Source: Anthoceros angustus (Eukaryota > Plantae > Anthocerotophyta). From it: a stretch of 64,000 nt of DNA. Numbering within the stretch: the stretch's first letter is position 1; each line of letters begins with the position of its first letter. Location: positions 62,001 to 126,000 of the forward strand of contig MU008166.1 of assembly GCA_010909165.1 (NCBI GenBank), written 5' to 3'. The translations under genes were made by a program, and so were the position numbers. The notes under the pieces were generated by a model. It searched no databases, was not told the DNA's origin, and saw only the letters and a program-made list of their open reading frames with translations. Of this stretch, positions 12,933 to 32,054 are shown piece after piece.

Positions 12933-13320
12933 ATAGATGGAGGCCACAGCAACCATCGACGAGCTGGACGGCATCTGAAGATGCAAGAGGCTGGACAAGC
13001 AGTTCACCTATTGTGACTTGTAACAGGCGACTTGTGGAAGTCACCAAGCTGAGACTGAACGTTCTCCGAGCTGAAAAGGCATGGAGACTGCCATCCCCTA
13101 CCCGCCGCAAAGGGACGGTGAAACGTTCGGGCAAGCGCGCGAAGACCTTCTAGGTACATATCATGATTTTTTGGAGCATGAAAAATCGTACACGACTTTC
13201 CTTTACTACCTAGTATAGTGGTCTCACGACAAGTCGTTTGAACTGGTGTCGCGGATTGTAATGACATGAATATATGTACATATGTAGACTTATGATTCTT
13301 TGACGAGGAGCCATTGAATA
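12933..13320 (+). pseudogene. Degenerate duplicate of the NDX last exon and 3' UTR
   Basis: Aligns by eye to 10875-11190 (CCATCGACGAGCT.GACGG, GTGGAAGTCACCAAGCTGA, GGAGACTGCCATCCCCTACCCG.CGCAAAGGG, TTTTTTGGAGCATGA, GTCGTTTGAACTG, CATATGTAGACT) with indels. Confidence 0.85.
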
Positions 13321-13591
13321 GGGGCATTTTGTTGCCTTCTTTCTTGAGGTTAAAACTTATTGAGTCAAATGTATGAGTGTATAATCATCACCACATATGA
13401 ATTTTTTTGCAAAGCTTCATGCGGGCTCATCTCTTGAGATGAAGAGATGGGAATGTTGGCAACCTAGGTCAACCTACTTTTTCTATAGTGGACCGTATAA
13501 GTAGATTCTGATTTTAGCAATAAAATATAAAAATTATTTTTTCATTTATTATTTTGTTACTTATAATAAATTTTGCTTTGGGAGCTTTTGT

Positions 13592-14008
13592 ACTAACAAC
13601 TGGGATTTTGATCTGGACTAAACCCCTATGGCACGAACACTAACAACTGGGATTTTTGATATGGAGTAACCTCATATGACACTAACAATTGGGATTTTGA
13701 TCAGGAGTAACCTTGTACGGTACTAACACTAACAACTGGGATTTTGATATGGAGTAACCCCATAACGTTATATGGTACTAACACTAACAACTGGGATTTT
13801 GATATGGACTAACCCCATAACCTTGTATGGTACTAACACTAACAACTGGGATTTTGATATGGACTAACCCCATAGCCTTGTATGGTACTAACACTAACAA
13901 ATGGGATTTTGATATAGACTAACCCCATAACCTTGTATGGTACTAACACTAACAACTAGAATTTTGATATGGACTAACCCCATAGAAACGGCATATGGCA
14001 CTAACAAC
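13592..14008. repeat. Minisatellite, about 8 copies of a ~55-bp unit
   Basis: Unit ACTAACACTAACAACTGGGATTTTGATATGGACTAACCCCATAACCTTGTATGGT repeated head-to-tail; the 5' copies are shorter and more degenerate. Confidence 0.95.
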
Positions 14009-14171
14009 TTGTTGGCGGAGGTGAAGGCATAAAACTAGGGATTGGTGGCACCCATCCAAACTTGCATAGTTCTAATTAACTCATGTCCAAATGTGACTCT
14101 TGAAGGGAGAAATGGCTGTCCCATAAAATATTCTTTTGACTTTGAATGGACACACATCACATTGCTATAAC

Positions 14172-14188
14172 TCGAAACCCGGCGCCTC
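14172..14188 (+). pseudogene. 3' remnant of the duplicated tRNA-Ala
   Basis: TCGAAACCCGGCGCCTC is identical to 11318-11334 and sits at the syntenic position in the duplicated block. Confidence 0.7.
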
Positions 14189-14840
14189 TTAAAATTAGGC
14201 GCGTTTGTGGAATTCTGATTACTTTTGCATGGGCCTTGATAAGTGTTGCGTCGGCTACTTAGCCCCGGTCGGACCGACGTCAAACCGTCAAACCGGGAGG
14301 GACGATGTTCTCAAACCCACAGACGGGCAACGACGGGAAACGACGAGGCCACGGAGTCGAGAGACTGTAGCGTTGAGTCAAATGGGGGCGGTAGCTCCGA
14401 TCTCCAAAGCACACCACTGCCTCAGAATGTCCCCGGTCTCCACGTCCCGAGCTATAAAGCTTCGTTTTGTCGCCGCTCACTGCCTGCTCTCGGTTTGGGC
14501 AACAAAGCCCAGTGATCGGCTGCAAAGTGATCGGCTGCATTATCGAGACGGAAGGATGGCATTCTTCTTTGTGCTTTTGCTGCCGCTCATACCCATGTTC
14601 CTCATCTGTTCCACCTTCGCGCCCAGGCTCAGATTCCGATTCTGCTCCCATTGCCGCCCCGGCAAGGTCCACCCGGTTACCGAACGAAGGCAACGGAGCT
14701 AGACTCATAGAGCAAATAGGGTTGTACTCTGCACGAGGAGAATATGCAGGGAAACCTGTCATTCTTCTTCTGCAGCTGTACCGTTGTGGGCGTCGGGGGA
14801 TCAGATATTAGAAGTTACATTCCGGCGGGCTCAGGCACGC

Positions 14841-17610
<2,770 letters not shown>

Positions 17611-18269
17611 TCAACCTACAGACTTTTCCAACAGCAACAGTTTGCAATTTTGTGTACGATAGATAGTCTGAAGACAAATAGTGTACATTCAACATCCAGC
17701 GGTATCATTTTTACAATTTTGGAGAACCTTGTCGAGCAGTCACGTCATCGTACCTTAGCTACCTATTAGCTTGGCGACGAGTTTCTCCACTACCCCTTTG
17801 TCCTCTCGCTGACTAATGAGACCAGAGGAAGCAGGGCAACAGCTTGGAGATGACACCCATTCAAGGATACTTTGCATGTGGAGCAGGTAGCCATAGCGAA
17901 AATCTAGCCCGGTCTTGGACATCCTGTGTACTTGAAGGTACCGCCTCTTCTACTTCTCGTCTACTGAGTAAAGTGGATGCAGTGGGTCTTTCAGTGAGGG
18001 AAGTAACAGGCTAGCTTCTAGCACTGGTAGCATGAGATGAGCATACCCAATGAATGGACTCATCCCTCTCCAGACTGGAAAAATAACAGCTAGTCCCACC
18101 TGCTGTGGCTATCACTACCTGGAGCAAACATTTGTCTTTTCTTCCGAGAATTGCAAAACGATACCGCTATAAACAAAGAAACTACCACTTTACATAAGAA
18201 GCTACAGACGATTCGGGTACAACCACCCCCCAATCGCATGAATAGGCTTTCTTCCACCCCACCCCATTA

Positions 18270-21464
<3,195 letters not shown>

Positions 21465-22980
21465 TGCTAACGGCTTGTAATATACAACACACGGGCCTGG
21501 AGATCCTACTACCTCCACTATCCGCGTGACCTAGAACTACAGACACGTAGTAACGACCGCGCGCGGCTTCAGAACCACTGGTGAGTGCGTCAAATTGCAG
21601 TAAGGTTGCTAGGGTAGTTGCACAAAGCTATGTACACAAGCGCGCGAAGACGAGCTGCGGAGCTACTCCTGCTGGTTCCACGCGCTGCAAGCGGATCTGC
21701 TGGCTGTTGCGACGTGATTCTTATCCCAGAATTCCTTCATTGCGGCAGGAGTGCACGACTAAAGCGGCGAACCGATCCAAGCTGACAGAAGGGCGCGCCT
21801 CCCGCCTGCAGATCACCAACCACTCACTCAGCCGGGAAGCAGCTAGCTGTCCTACCGGAGAACCCGGGGCAGCACCAAAGCGACCGACACCGTCCCCAGC
21901 AAGACAACAGTCAAGCGCCGCACAGGCAAGAGGCGGCGGCAAGAAGCAGGCGCTGCATCAATCACCACCACCCGTGCCCGCTTCCCGGGCGGATCTACAC
22001 CCCAAATTTCCCACTCCAGATAACCCGCTCCCTCCCACCGAAATTCTCTCCACACCCTCCCCACCCCGGCAGGCCCGCGCTGACGGCAGAACCAGCCTGA
22101 TCAGCCAGCCACCATCGGCAGCAAGCAGCAAGAGCCACTGCCTCGGCAGCTGACACCCGCCCTAGCTGGCCCGCGACTCACAGCAGCACAACATGGCAGC
22201 ACCAGCAGCAGCAACACAAAAGCGGCAGCAAAATATCGGCTCCGACCTTCCACCGCTGCCGCTGCCGCTGCGATGCAACCCGACCCGAGGCGCTCCAAAA
22301 TTTCCTACTCCTATCCAAGCTAATGCTGTACAGCGGCCCCCTTCCCCAGCAAGCTCTGTACACCCTGGGGTAGGGGAATCAGCCCCGCCACGGCCATGCT
22401 CCAAGAAGAAGAAGCCCAGCTCCTAGGCAGCTCAGAGCACTCGCTCCCAGCTCAGGCCAGGGCGAGATCCGGCCTCTGCGCAGCCATAGAGAATGCCGCA
22501 GCTCGAGCGCGGGCGGCGGGAGCTACACAGGCTCGATCCGGGGGTGCCGAATTGCGAAGCGCGGGGCGGAATTAAAGAGCCCGCAGACCTGCACCATCAC
22601 ATCAGAGGCGTCCCAGCGGCAGCAGAGCAGAGCAGCACGGCCCGGGCAATAACTCCGCACCGTCAGCGGGCATTTACAGAATGCGCAGAGGCGGGAATGG
22701 AGCGGCCATGGCGCAGGCAATTTGGCACGGCCTGGGCCTGGGCCTGGGCCTGGGCCGGGCGGAATGAAATGAGAGCCGCGCCAGAGGCGCAGGACAGGCA
22801 GGGAGGCAGCAGGACGGACGGCTCGTGGAACAGGCGCCTGAGGCAGGCGTGCAGGAGGATGCGGGAGTGGGCTGGGCTGGGCTGGGCTCGGCGGGGACTG
22901 GGCGGAGCAGCGCAGCGCAGAGCCGAGCCAGGCAGCGCTCGAGACGCGCTGAGACGCGCAGTAGGGAGAAAGGGAGAAAG

Positions 22981-23008
22981 GGAGGAGGAGGAGGAGGAGG
23001 AGGAGGAG
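22981..23008. repeat. (GAG)n microsatellite upstream of SnRK1alpha
   Basis: About 9 GAG units; nearby (GGGCCT)n at about 22730-22755 and (GGGCT)n at about 22869-22888. Confidence 0.9.
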
Positions 23009-23313
23009 AAGCGAGAGAAGAGAGTGAGGATGAAAAAAGGAGAAAGAAGTGCGCGCTCGGGCCACAAAAGGGACCCAAACAATTAGGGCTCAGGTCACGC
23101 TCATGGGCGCTCCTCCATTATGAGCCCAGATCCGGTCGTCTCCGGTAACGTAACTCCCTCTCTCTCTTAATCAGGGATCATGCGCCGAATCACCGAAGGC
23201 ATATGCGACCATACACGGCCTCCGGCTTGGCACGCTCGAGCTTTAGCTGCCTAACATCCCAGATTACGGTCTTCGAGTTAGTTGTGTTCAACATTGTAGT
23301 TCGTTAGAGTTCC

Positions 23314-23382
23314 TTGCTTTGCTTTGTATTGCATTGCTTTACTTTGTCTTGCTTTGCTTTGCTTTGTTTTGTGTTGTATTGC
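23314..23382. repeat. Degenerate (TTGCT)n microsatellite
   Basis: TTGCTTTGCTTTGTATTGCATTGCTTTACTTTGTCTTGCTTTGCTTTGC... Confidence 0.85.
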
Positions 23383-26300
23383 ACGTGCAGCAGGGCGAGG
23401 TGGTATGGTATGCGGCGCTTCGTCGTGTTGAAGCATACACAGATTGTGTGAATGGAGGTACAAGTGAAAGGTGCGTGATCGGAGAAGGACTTCACGATGC
23501 AAATGCAACGAACCCATGATGTGGGAGAGCGATCGGAGGGTGGTATCGACGTAAGCTTCCCATGCCCCTTTCCCTTGAAGTCGGTCAGCTTTAATGGAGG
23601 TATCAGAAGGTTCCTCGGACAAGGACATAAAAGAGCTGGAAAGGTTGCACGACCTCAAGTGCCACACCCGGCGTGTGCCCAGAGCAACAGAGCAGCAGCA
23701 CACACACGCCCATGGAAGCGCATTCACTCCTTCATATTCTTGCACGACGGTCAAGACAATTTCTAGATTCGCGCAGTCTAGCTGCATTCATTCTCCTTCC
23801 ATGCTTGTGTGACTCTTTCATGACAATGATCGTTCACATTTCGTGTGGAAGGCTAGACCAGTCTTCCGAAACTGGGCCACATTGTAGTACAATGTGCAGA
23901 TCTCCTGACTCCCCCTCGTGTGATGCACCTCTTACAAGGATTCTTGTACCATTCATTATCTATGGCAATCCTACAGCCTATGGATACTTTTATCACCTCT
24001 TTGGGTAAGCTATATTAGTTCCTTTTTCTTTTTTTTTTGAAGTATAGAGACTATATTAGTTCCCTCCTGCAAGACCCACACCAAACCTGTTTTTCAAATT
24101 TAAATACCTATCATCACGGCACGGATTATACTTGAAGGGAGGGTAGAATTAGGGTTTGGGAAATGGGAAGGGTGGAAGGGAGCGGGGACCGGCAGTGGGT
24201 GGGCCCGCAGCCGGTAGCCGCGGCCAAAAAGTGGGACGCTGCGGGACTGCAGGCAGCTCATTGGCCATCTTGGGCCGCATGCTGACTCGAACTGCTGCTC
24301 CTCTTTCCGTCACCATGAGATAGCGAGATGGCTATTTGCAGCAATATGACACGGGCAGGGCGATGTAAATAGGACCCAACCAGGCTGTGTGCTTTGTCGC
24401 TTTTAGGGTCGCGCCCATATCACACACACGCGCTATTTCGTGTCCGAAATTTCGACTGTCCAAATTCATGATTTGAGTGTGGGTAAATACCGTTCATGAA
24501 CGTGCAAGATGCACTGCTGCACAGGTACATCTCATCACCGTGTCTGAATACAATGTATATTCCATATCAAAAATTGCACTTGAGTCTTTTATGCTGAAAT
24601 TATAACTTCACAAAACCCCAAAAATAAGCCTTATATTCCGTGAAATGAAAAAACGTGTGACCGGCCTCTCCCCTCCCCTTCCCCATCACTCAACTTATGC
24701 TTACTCCTCTTTCAAAGCATTTCGAACTTGTGGGTACGTCATAGGCATATGTGATAGCCTCTAATGTGCTTGCTGACAGAGTTTTCCAGTTTTCCACCTA
24801 TCTACCTATCTGCAAAAGCTATCCTTTACTCAAAGATGTGGTTCTAGAAGCTCTTCCTCTTATCATGTGCACATATTAGCCTAACATGACGTCATTACCT
24901 CACTCATTAACTTAACTCAAACTTAATTGTTCCATTTCCACTCAACCTCAACCACATGAAATTGGATCCACCGAATCATGTCAACATTACAAATGTTGAT
25001 GAAGCCACACATCCCTACATCATGCCTCAACACAAACCTACATTCTTAGGAAATAATTAAAAACAGCTACACTCCACCCTAGGAGAAGGTGGGATCTTAA
25101 TTTCGTCGTCGAGTCTAAACATTTTACATGTCAACATGATTTGCCTGAGTGCAGCATCCCCATACAGTCAATGAGCCTTAAATCACTCCCAAGTTTTCCA
25201 CATGTGTACTACAAAAATGTACTGCAAAATAATATTGGAGTACAAACATAAGATGGGCACTTGTAAGTGTCACTCCTCCATTTCCATGCAATTTGTGTCC
25301 GAACGTATTTTGATAAAAAAGGACAAATAAATACCGATATACAGATGTAGGTATTTGTCGCCCTATTTGGGAAATAACGACAAATTGAGCATGTATGTAT
25401 GTGGGAAAAGGCACAGGGTCGCCGTACAGCCGGCATCTTTCTCCCGTCCGAGCGGCGCGGGCTGGGTACGATTGGCCCAGGCGGGGCCCACTGCACCCGC
25501 CGTCGTCCCAGCGGTTCACGAGCGGAGTGAAGTGGGCCGCATCCGTTCCGTCCCGTATTGGCGCCAATTCTCTCGCTTTTAATCGCTTTCATATGTGGTA
25601 TTTCGCCTAATTTCGTTTTGTAATTACCTACACACGGGTTAGGTTCTCTTAATTCTAAATTAATTAAAATTATTTTGTTTTATATGTTGTACTACTAAAA
25701 TGATCGACCAAATTGGTAAATAAACTCTAGTCTTTCCGAGTGAGTATGCATGCAATTTTGCTTATGTCTTCTCGCATGAACTGTGAATATATCGAAGTTA
25801 GTGTTTCTAAGACAAATGAGTTTTGCGTAATATTGATATTGAAGTAGAAGTGATCAATGATATCCCTTCTAGGACTACGAAACAATATTTTACATATGTT
25901 CTTTTCAAGTTTGTAGCAACATCCACATATCATACTCGGGGATATGTAAACAATATTATACTCAAATGACTACAATTATAATTATATTATAAAACTAATA
26001 AGCTATATAGACAGGTAGTTTCTAACATTATTGTTTGCTGATGCAAACAATGTATCCCTTGATATACGTATGATAGGTAGATAGTTTGTGATATAATTGT
26101 TTGCTAGAGCACAAAATATGTCGTTTGAAATGCACCTTATTAAAGTATCAAGAGATGTTTTACTAAAACTTTATAAATTAAAAATTACTATTTAAAAATT
26201 ATCTATAAGATCAACATGCTGCACTCCAAGCAATGAGTCTCAACTCTTTAGCAATGTCATGCACCGCCCTATTCCCCTATGCGAATGACCCCAATAAAAA

Positions 26301-29300
26301 AAGAAAAAAGTGGTGGGTAGTGAAGTGAACCACTCCACATAATCCGAAGGAAATGAATAAGTAGTGAGATCACTGGTTCCCTTGTAAAGGCTTGGCGGAT
26401 AGAGCCAGCGGAGGGAGCAGGAAACGAGGGAGGACAAGGAACCGGCAAAGAAGCCGGCTAATCTGCTGCTGAATGTCAGCTTCCTAATGCGAAATAAGAG
26501 GAAGCCAACAAGTACGGCGGCGAAAGGCGGAAGAAAGGGGTGAAATGTCGTGGAAGGCGCAAGTGGGCGGGGCGGGTGGTGGACTGGAAGCCGCCACACA
26601 CACGTGGAGCATTAGCCCATATTCTAAGCCGAGCGAGCAGTTCTTAACCCGCCACGTCCGCTAAGCGGGGCGCAGCGGAACCGTTAGCGGCGGCACGTCA
26701 GCCGCACTCCCGCCACGAAAGCCTCCGAGAATGTCTTAACAAGTTGGGCAAGTGCGAGAGGAGAGAGGGGGCGCCAGATATTTCCTCCCCGCCTCGGGAT
26801 TCGAACCCGCGACCTGGCCGATCCCAAGGCGCTTCTCACACGCATACACACTACGCATTACGCACCGGCCTGGGAGGAGCGGTCGCCCTCGAGTGCCTGT
26901 GTGGCGCGTGAGCCCGGCACCAACAGCCGGGACACGTGGTGGGTCCAAAATCCTCCTCGGGTACGCCCTCGTTGAGCGTTAACTTCCCTGACTCCCCTCT
27001 GCGCCTCTGAGCTCTGCGCTCTGCGCTCTGCGCTCTGAGCCCTGAGCCTCGCACCCAGGAGGACGGCGTGACTCCGGTTAACATCCCCTGACGGTTGTAT
27101 TTATTACCTTTCTCCCGCCCGCCTCCTGCGAACGGAAGTTACATAGTATGTATGTACGCAGGGGAAGATGCTCCGCGTTAATAGGGGCGGGGAGCGAGCC
27201 TCGTACGTGAGCCCTGGCTCGGGCTGTGGTCTGGCGCTCGAGAACTCTGAGATGGAGATATTATATGGGGTGGTCTTGGACGGGAGAGGAAGAACTCACG
27301 CTGGGGAGATGAGATTCTTGGAAGTTGCATCGCTCGAGCTCATGTGGTGTGGGAGTGGGGAAAGTGTATTATTGAGGGGGCCTTTCGTGGAGGGTAACAT
27401 ATGATTTTCGAGGGCGCTTTTGCAAGTGCATGGTACGAGGGGAAAGGGCGTTTGAGGGTGCGCGGGGCAATGTGATGGTCACATGGCAGACCAGGCAGAC
27501 AGTGATAGCTGGCTGGCCTGCTTATTGGAGCCTGGGAGTGGGCGGCAAGTGGGGGGGTGTCGTTCTCGCCTCACGGACGTGATTACGGTGGTGGGTTGGA
27601 GTTGGGTTAGCGGGAGGCGTGGGGTCGCCTCGCTTTCGGGCCATGGCGTTGCCATGGACGAGACAGGCTCGGCACCGGGTGGCCTGGGAGAAGACATAAG
27701 CAGCAGTGCAGCAAGAGGTGGAGGTGGAGCTGGTGTCTCTCTCCTTTCCGGCCTTGTGGCCCACACGGGGCCTCGGCAACGTAACGTGGATGGCTCCGGG
27801 CCTGTAGACTCACGGGAATATTCTTGCCCTCTCGCTCGCACTCGCACTCGCACTCGCACCTACTCCCACACTCGAAGAAGGCAATTTTGGTTGTGCTTGG
27901 GGGAGTGATGGAGGAAAGTGTTTTGTGGGTTTTTGTGGGTTCTATCTAGGTGATGTCCTCGTGGAGGAAGAAGATGGAGGTGGTGGTGGATGTTGTGACG
28001 GTTGGAGGCATGGGGATGGTTGAAGACAAGGAGGAGAGGGAAGGGGAAGTGGTAAGTGGAATGTGGAGGAGAAAAGGAGGAGGAGGGATGAAAGGTATGG
28101 GGGAGTGGGTTGGTGATAAAAATACTAGGCTGCGAATGTGACAAGGGAGGTTAGAATGCTGACCACGATAGCGGCCCGAAAGGGGCCGCGAGGGTGTGCA
28201 AAATGTGACTTCCAACTGGCACAAGCCACATGCGGGAAGGGGAGGGCCTTTAGGTGAGTGCATACCTTTCTCTCCCTTGTTTCGCGCCCACGTCTCTAAG
28301 AATCAGTGTCAATGTCAGCTAGGCAAAGCAAAGCAGGCTGCGTACTTGCCACGGTCAACTAGTACATGTGTACAGGACTACAGGAGCTGCTGCTTGTGAC
28401 GCCAGGAAGGCTCCCGAATAGCAACAAGAGTTAAGTTCCAACATACATATAAATGTAAATGCAGCATAGTATAGCAATGGCATGCACCCAAGTCCATGCC
28501 TGCTGGGCCATGGCGGCATCCGATTCCCACTGTGGCTGTCTGTCTTCTGGCATTGAAAAGGTTGCAACTGCAACTGCCAAACTGGCGGTAGGTACATGTC
28601 TCTCGGCTGCATCGTGTGGCATGGCATCTTTGTTGTAGCTGAAAAACATCGTCACTGGCCTGTGCTGGAAACAGGGAAACACAGGGACGGGTGGTCCAGG
28701 ACTCCAGGCCCCATGCCCCCAGGAGCATGATTGGTGAGCCGGGCAGGCCCTTGTGAGAACATTGCATGGGGCCAGCGCTGCACACACCATACTCCCCATG
28801 ACAGCTTGATTCCAGGGAGCCCCGGCCAGCCGAGGGGGCGGGGCGGGGGAGCGGGAAGTTTCCAGACACGCATGGGCCAGCCCCACTGACGTGAGCCAGA
28901 TACTTGTTTATGCAGGCCTATGGTTGTGGAGCTCCAAGGTCGTGATACTCCTGTAGCACACAGATTCTGGCTCCCCCTCTCCTTTCGGCCCTTTCTGCCT
29001 TGCGCAGATCCAGAGCGAGAAGTGAGAACCCCCCAGCCTCGGAGAAGCGAGCTCTGCTGCTCGAGCTCTCATCACCTCGCTGTGGCCAGTGGCCACCAAT
29101 CTCTAGGCAGTCGCTACCAGAAACAGACAAGCTGGCGACATGCATTTCCATTTCCTCGGGCTCACCTAGCTTTTTCCTGACCTGACCTGCCCTGACCTGA
29201 CCTGACCTGACCGGCCCTGCCCCGCGCTGCCCATCCCTGCCCCGCGCTGCCCGGCCCTGGCGCGGCGCTGGTGTGTTGTAGAGAGAAGAGAGAGACGGCA

Positions 29301-32054
29301 TTGCGGCAACGGCGCAGAGAGTGCAGGACGGAATCCGCATTCACCTCGCGCAAGTGCGCCACCAGCCAGAATCCGCATTTCTGCTGCCCTAGCCTTGTTG
29401 TTTGCGGAAACCCTCCTGCGCTCCACAGGGCAGATCTCCAGGTTGCACCGCCGAATGAAATACACAGACGCGCAGACAGGCGCTCTGCACACAGCCATCG
29501 CAGCTTCCCAAAACATGACAAATTCTCAGTTTAGTTTACACATTAGCGGAGGACGGGAATATGCCATCATTTCACAATCATGCGGCGGAAGCGCTGCCGC
29601 CGATGCGTGGGAGCGGCGGATTAGTGGCCTGTCGGCCCGCCCGCGCGGCCTGCGGGATGACACGATGCTCCTGCCTCCAAAAAGATTTGTTAACAAGTGC
29701 TTGCGATGAGCAGCAAAGGACATGCTGTAGGAATGCATGTCTGCTTCAGGAGAGGTGAAATTCAGGCTTGTCCTGCAAATGGTCTCAAATCCATGAGCAG
29801 GAGCATGTTCACATATGAGGTCCTCGTCAGTGAGGCGTGAAAACCCTGGCCTGCAGGATGTAATTTTACGCTGGCCTTGCAGATTATGTCGAATCCATGA
29901 GCAAGAGGTGGAGCACGTTCACTTCCCATTTCTCAGCAAAGGGATGAAAAATCGTCGCCTAAATGATGAATTTTCGGACTGGTCTGGCAGACGTTGTCAG
30001 ATCCAGGCTCCGAGGTCGAGGGGTCGGGTTGGAGTAAAAATGTGAGGTCCTTGCTTCTGTTACTGTGATCGTCAGAGTGATGTGGGAATCGTTCCATAGC
30101 CGCAGCATGTTGACCTTGTCCAGGAGCAATGGCTGTGACGGCAGGCAACTAGGTCTGGATCCTATGTTCACTGAATAAACCGCCGCCATCGCCAGCCTCT
30201 AGTTGCGGGGATGGAATCTAGGTTTACTCTAGCAGTCTTGCTGAGAAAGGTAACATGTTGCCATGAGTTTGGGTACCGGGTTTTGTTTGAACACAGCTGT
30301 GCAGCAACGTGGAAGTGGTTGCACGCGTCTGATGAAGCTGGTTTATGTGCGAGGAAACGAGCTTCACGAAGACACGGACGCATGTCAAGGGGCTGGAATC
30401 TATGGAAGCCAGTGTCTCGAAAGCACGTTTTATCGTTCGGCCTCCGATTTGAGGGGTGGATGTGAAGCCTCACTTTCCACGGGGTTCTGAGGCGGAGGTG
30501 GTTCATTTACTGCAAACCTAACACAGGCCTGATTTCACCCATTTTGATCGGCTCCCTGACAAAGAGGCTGCCCACCGTGTCAGACAGCATCTCAGGGAAT
30601 GTGACCAGCAGCGACCATGGAAGACAGTGAAACTTTGAACCCGATGGCAAGTGCTGCGACAGTCGCGCAGTGGTGTCAGCACTGCTAGTGAGCCTGCCCG
30701 GTTTCACGAGGTCGTGTAACACGACATCGTGTCTCCAACACGACTCGTGTTTGGAAACATGGAGCCAGAACTTGGAAGCTAGCAATCCGCCTGAGAATAT
30801 TGGCAAGACTGATCTAAAATGGTCACAAATCCTGATAATCAGTTTGGGCTATCCCTCACCAGATTAGAACTCAGGTGACAACCCACCTGGACCTTCTCTG
30901 CAGGCTTCAGATCAGCCTGAGAAGGTTTCACCTGTGATTGAAATTGAAAGGTTTCATCCATGTCCGACCCTCGGGGCCTGTCGGATAAGTCCTCTAAAAG
31001 TTCCATAGCCTGATTCTCTGTCGCTAAAAATACTCGCTCCCGCAGGACACAGGATTGAAGGACACGATGTGCAGCGTCTGGGCAGCCCAAAGACTAGGCG
31101 CAATGTTCCGGGAGCGGGCTCTATGGAACTTGCTCCTGGGCAGTGAGACAAAAAAGCTCAGTGGGTCCAAATTCAGAGCTCACCGTGCATGTGCCACTGC
31201 CTACCCCCTCGCGGATATCACTGGCAAACAATTTCCTCAGCCGGGAAGGGCCAAGGCCCTCTGGGTGACGATCTGGCTACTGTACGGAGTTTGCAGACGA
31301 TTGGTGATGTCTTGTACACTAGTGGTGTCAGTCAAAACTTTGGACATGTTCTTTGATTGACGGCATTGTCGGGCTCGCAATGACTACAGCAAGAGTGCAA
31401 TGCCTAGGGCTTCGCATCCGCCTAGGAGGTTCTTTATGACACTCCAAACAAGCTTAAAACTGGCTCTGAATACAAGGTTCGCAATGCGAGTTTCTCTCCG
31501 AGTTTGGAGTGGAGACTTCTATGTACAGTGCGGATGCCAGGGCACCTGGCATCCTGCCATGTCCAAACCTGGTTGCCAGACCAAGCCACAAAATTCCAGA
31601 GTACAGAAACAACCTTTCCGATATGAGAAGCTAGCCTAGTTGCATCGAGGGCGTCAACGACGAAGGACTATTTGCCTGAGGGCACCCACGACAAACTCTT
31701 ACATCACAGCAAACAACAGCAACACCTGGTCAAAAGATTGATCGGCTTACACTGAATACCATGACTCTGAAGCTCAATCTCCAACCCACATTCGTCCTGC
31801 GAGGTCACTTTGTGATCCAAAGCCGCTGACGTACACCCATCCAGCAGGTGCAGTAGCAGCGTTAGATGAAGATGCGGTTGCAGCTGTCTGAATCGTGGTG
31901 AGCCAGGCAGAAAATTGGCCACCCGGGGTGAAAAGCGAAGAAACATGTGCAGCTGCTACTGCTCACCATATCCCCTTCTCCATTTCCATAAAGGAAAACA
32001 AGAAAGCCTTTCCATCCAGATCTCCATGCCCGAAGATCTCTGTCAAGACAGCCT

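Noticed and set aside
13592-14008. CRISPR-like array
   Set aside because: Units are contiguous near-identical repeats with no unique spacers, the context is eukaryotic, and no cas genes are present; it is a minisatellite.
14385-14400. GGGGGCGGTAGCTCC resembling the 5' end of tRNA-Ala
   Set aside because: It aligns instead to ordinary sequence at about 11435-11450 in the first duplicated copy, and no cloverleaf follows.
21581-23148. Many 60-200-aa ORFs upstream of SnRK1alpha
   Set aside because: GC-rich, low-complexity sequence open in several frames on both strands, typical of a promoter/5' UTR; no domain motifs.
24000-26240. AT-rich stretch that might be a DNA transposon or Helitron
   Set aside because: No TIR pair, TSD, hairpin-CTRR end or transposase motif could be identified.
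26796-26815. Minus-strand tRNA B-box/T-arm (AGGTCGCGGGTTCGAATCCC)
   Set aside because: No A-box, anticodon arm or acceptor stem could be folded; at most a SINE or tRNA relic.
26240-29760. Short ORFs and possible miRNA or small-peptide genes
   Set aside because: No conserved plant miRNA sequence, convincing long hairpin or known peptide motif (CLE/CEP/IDA/RALF) was found by eye; the ORFs are low-complexity.
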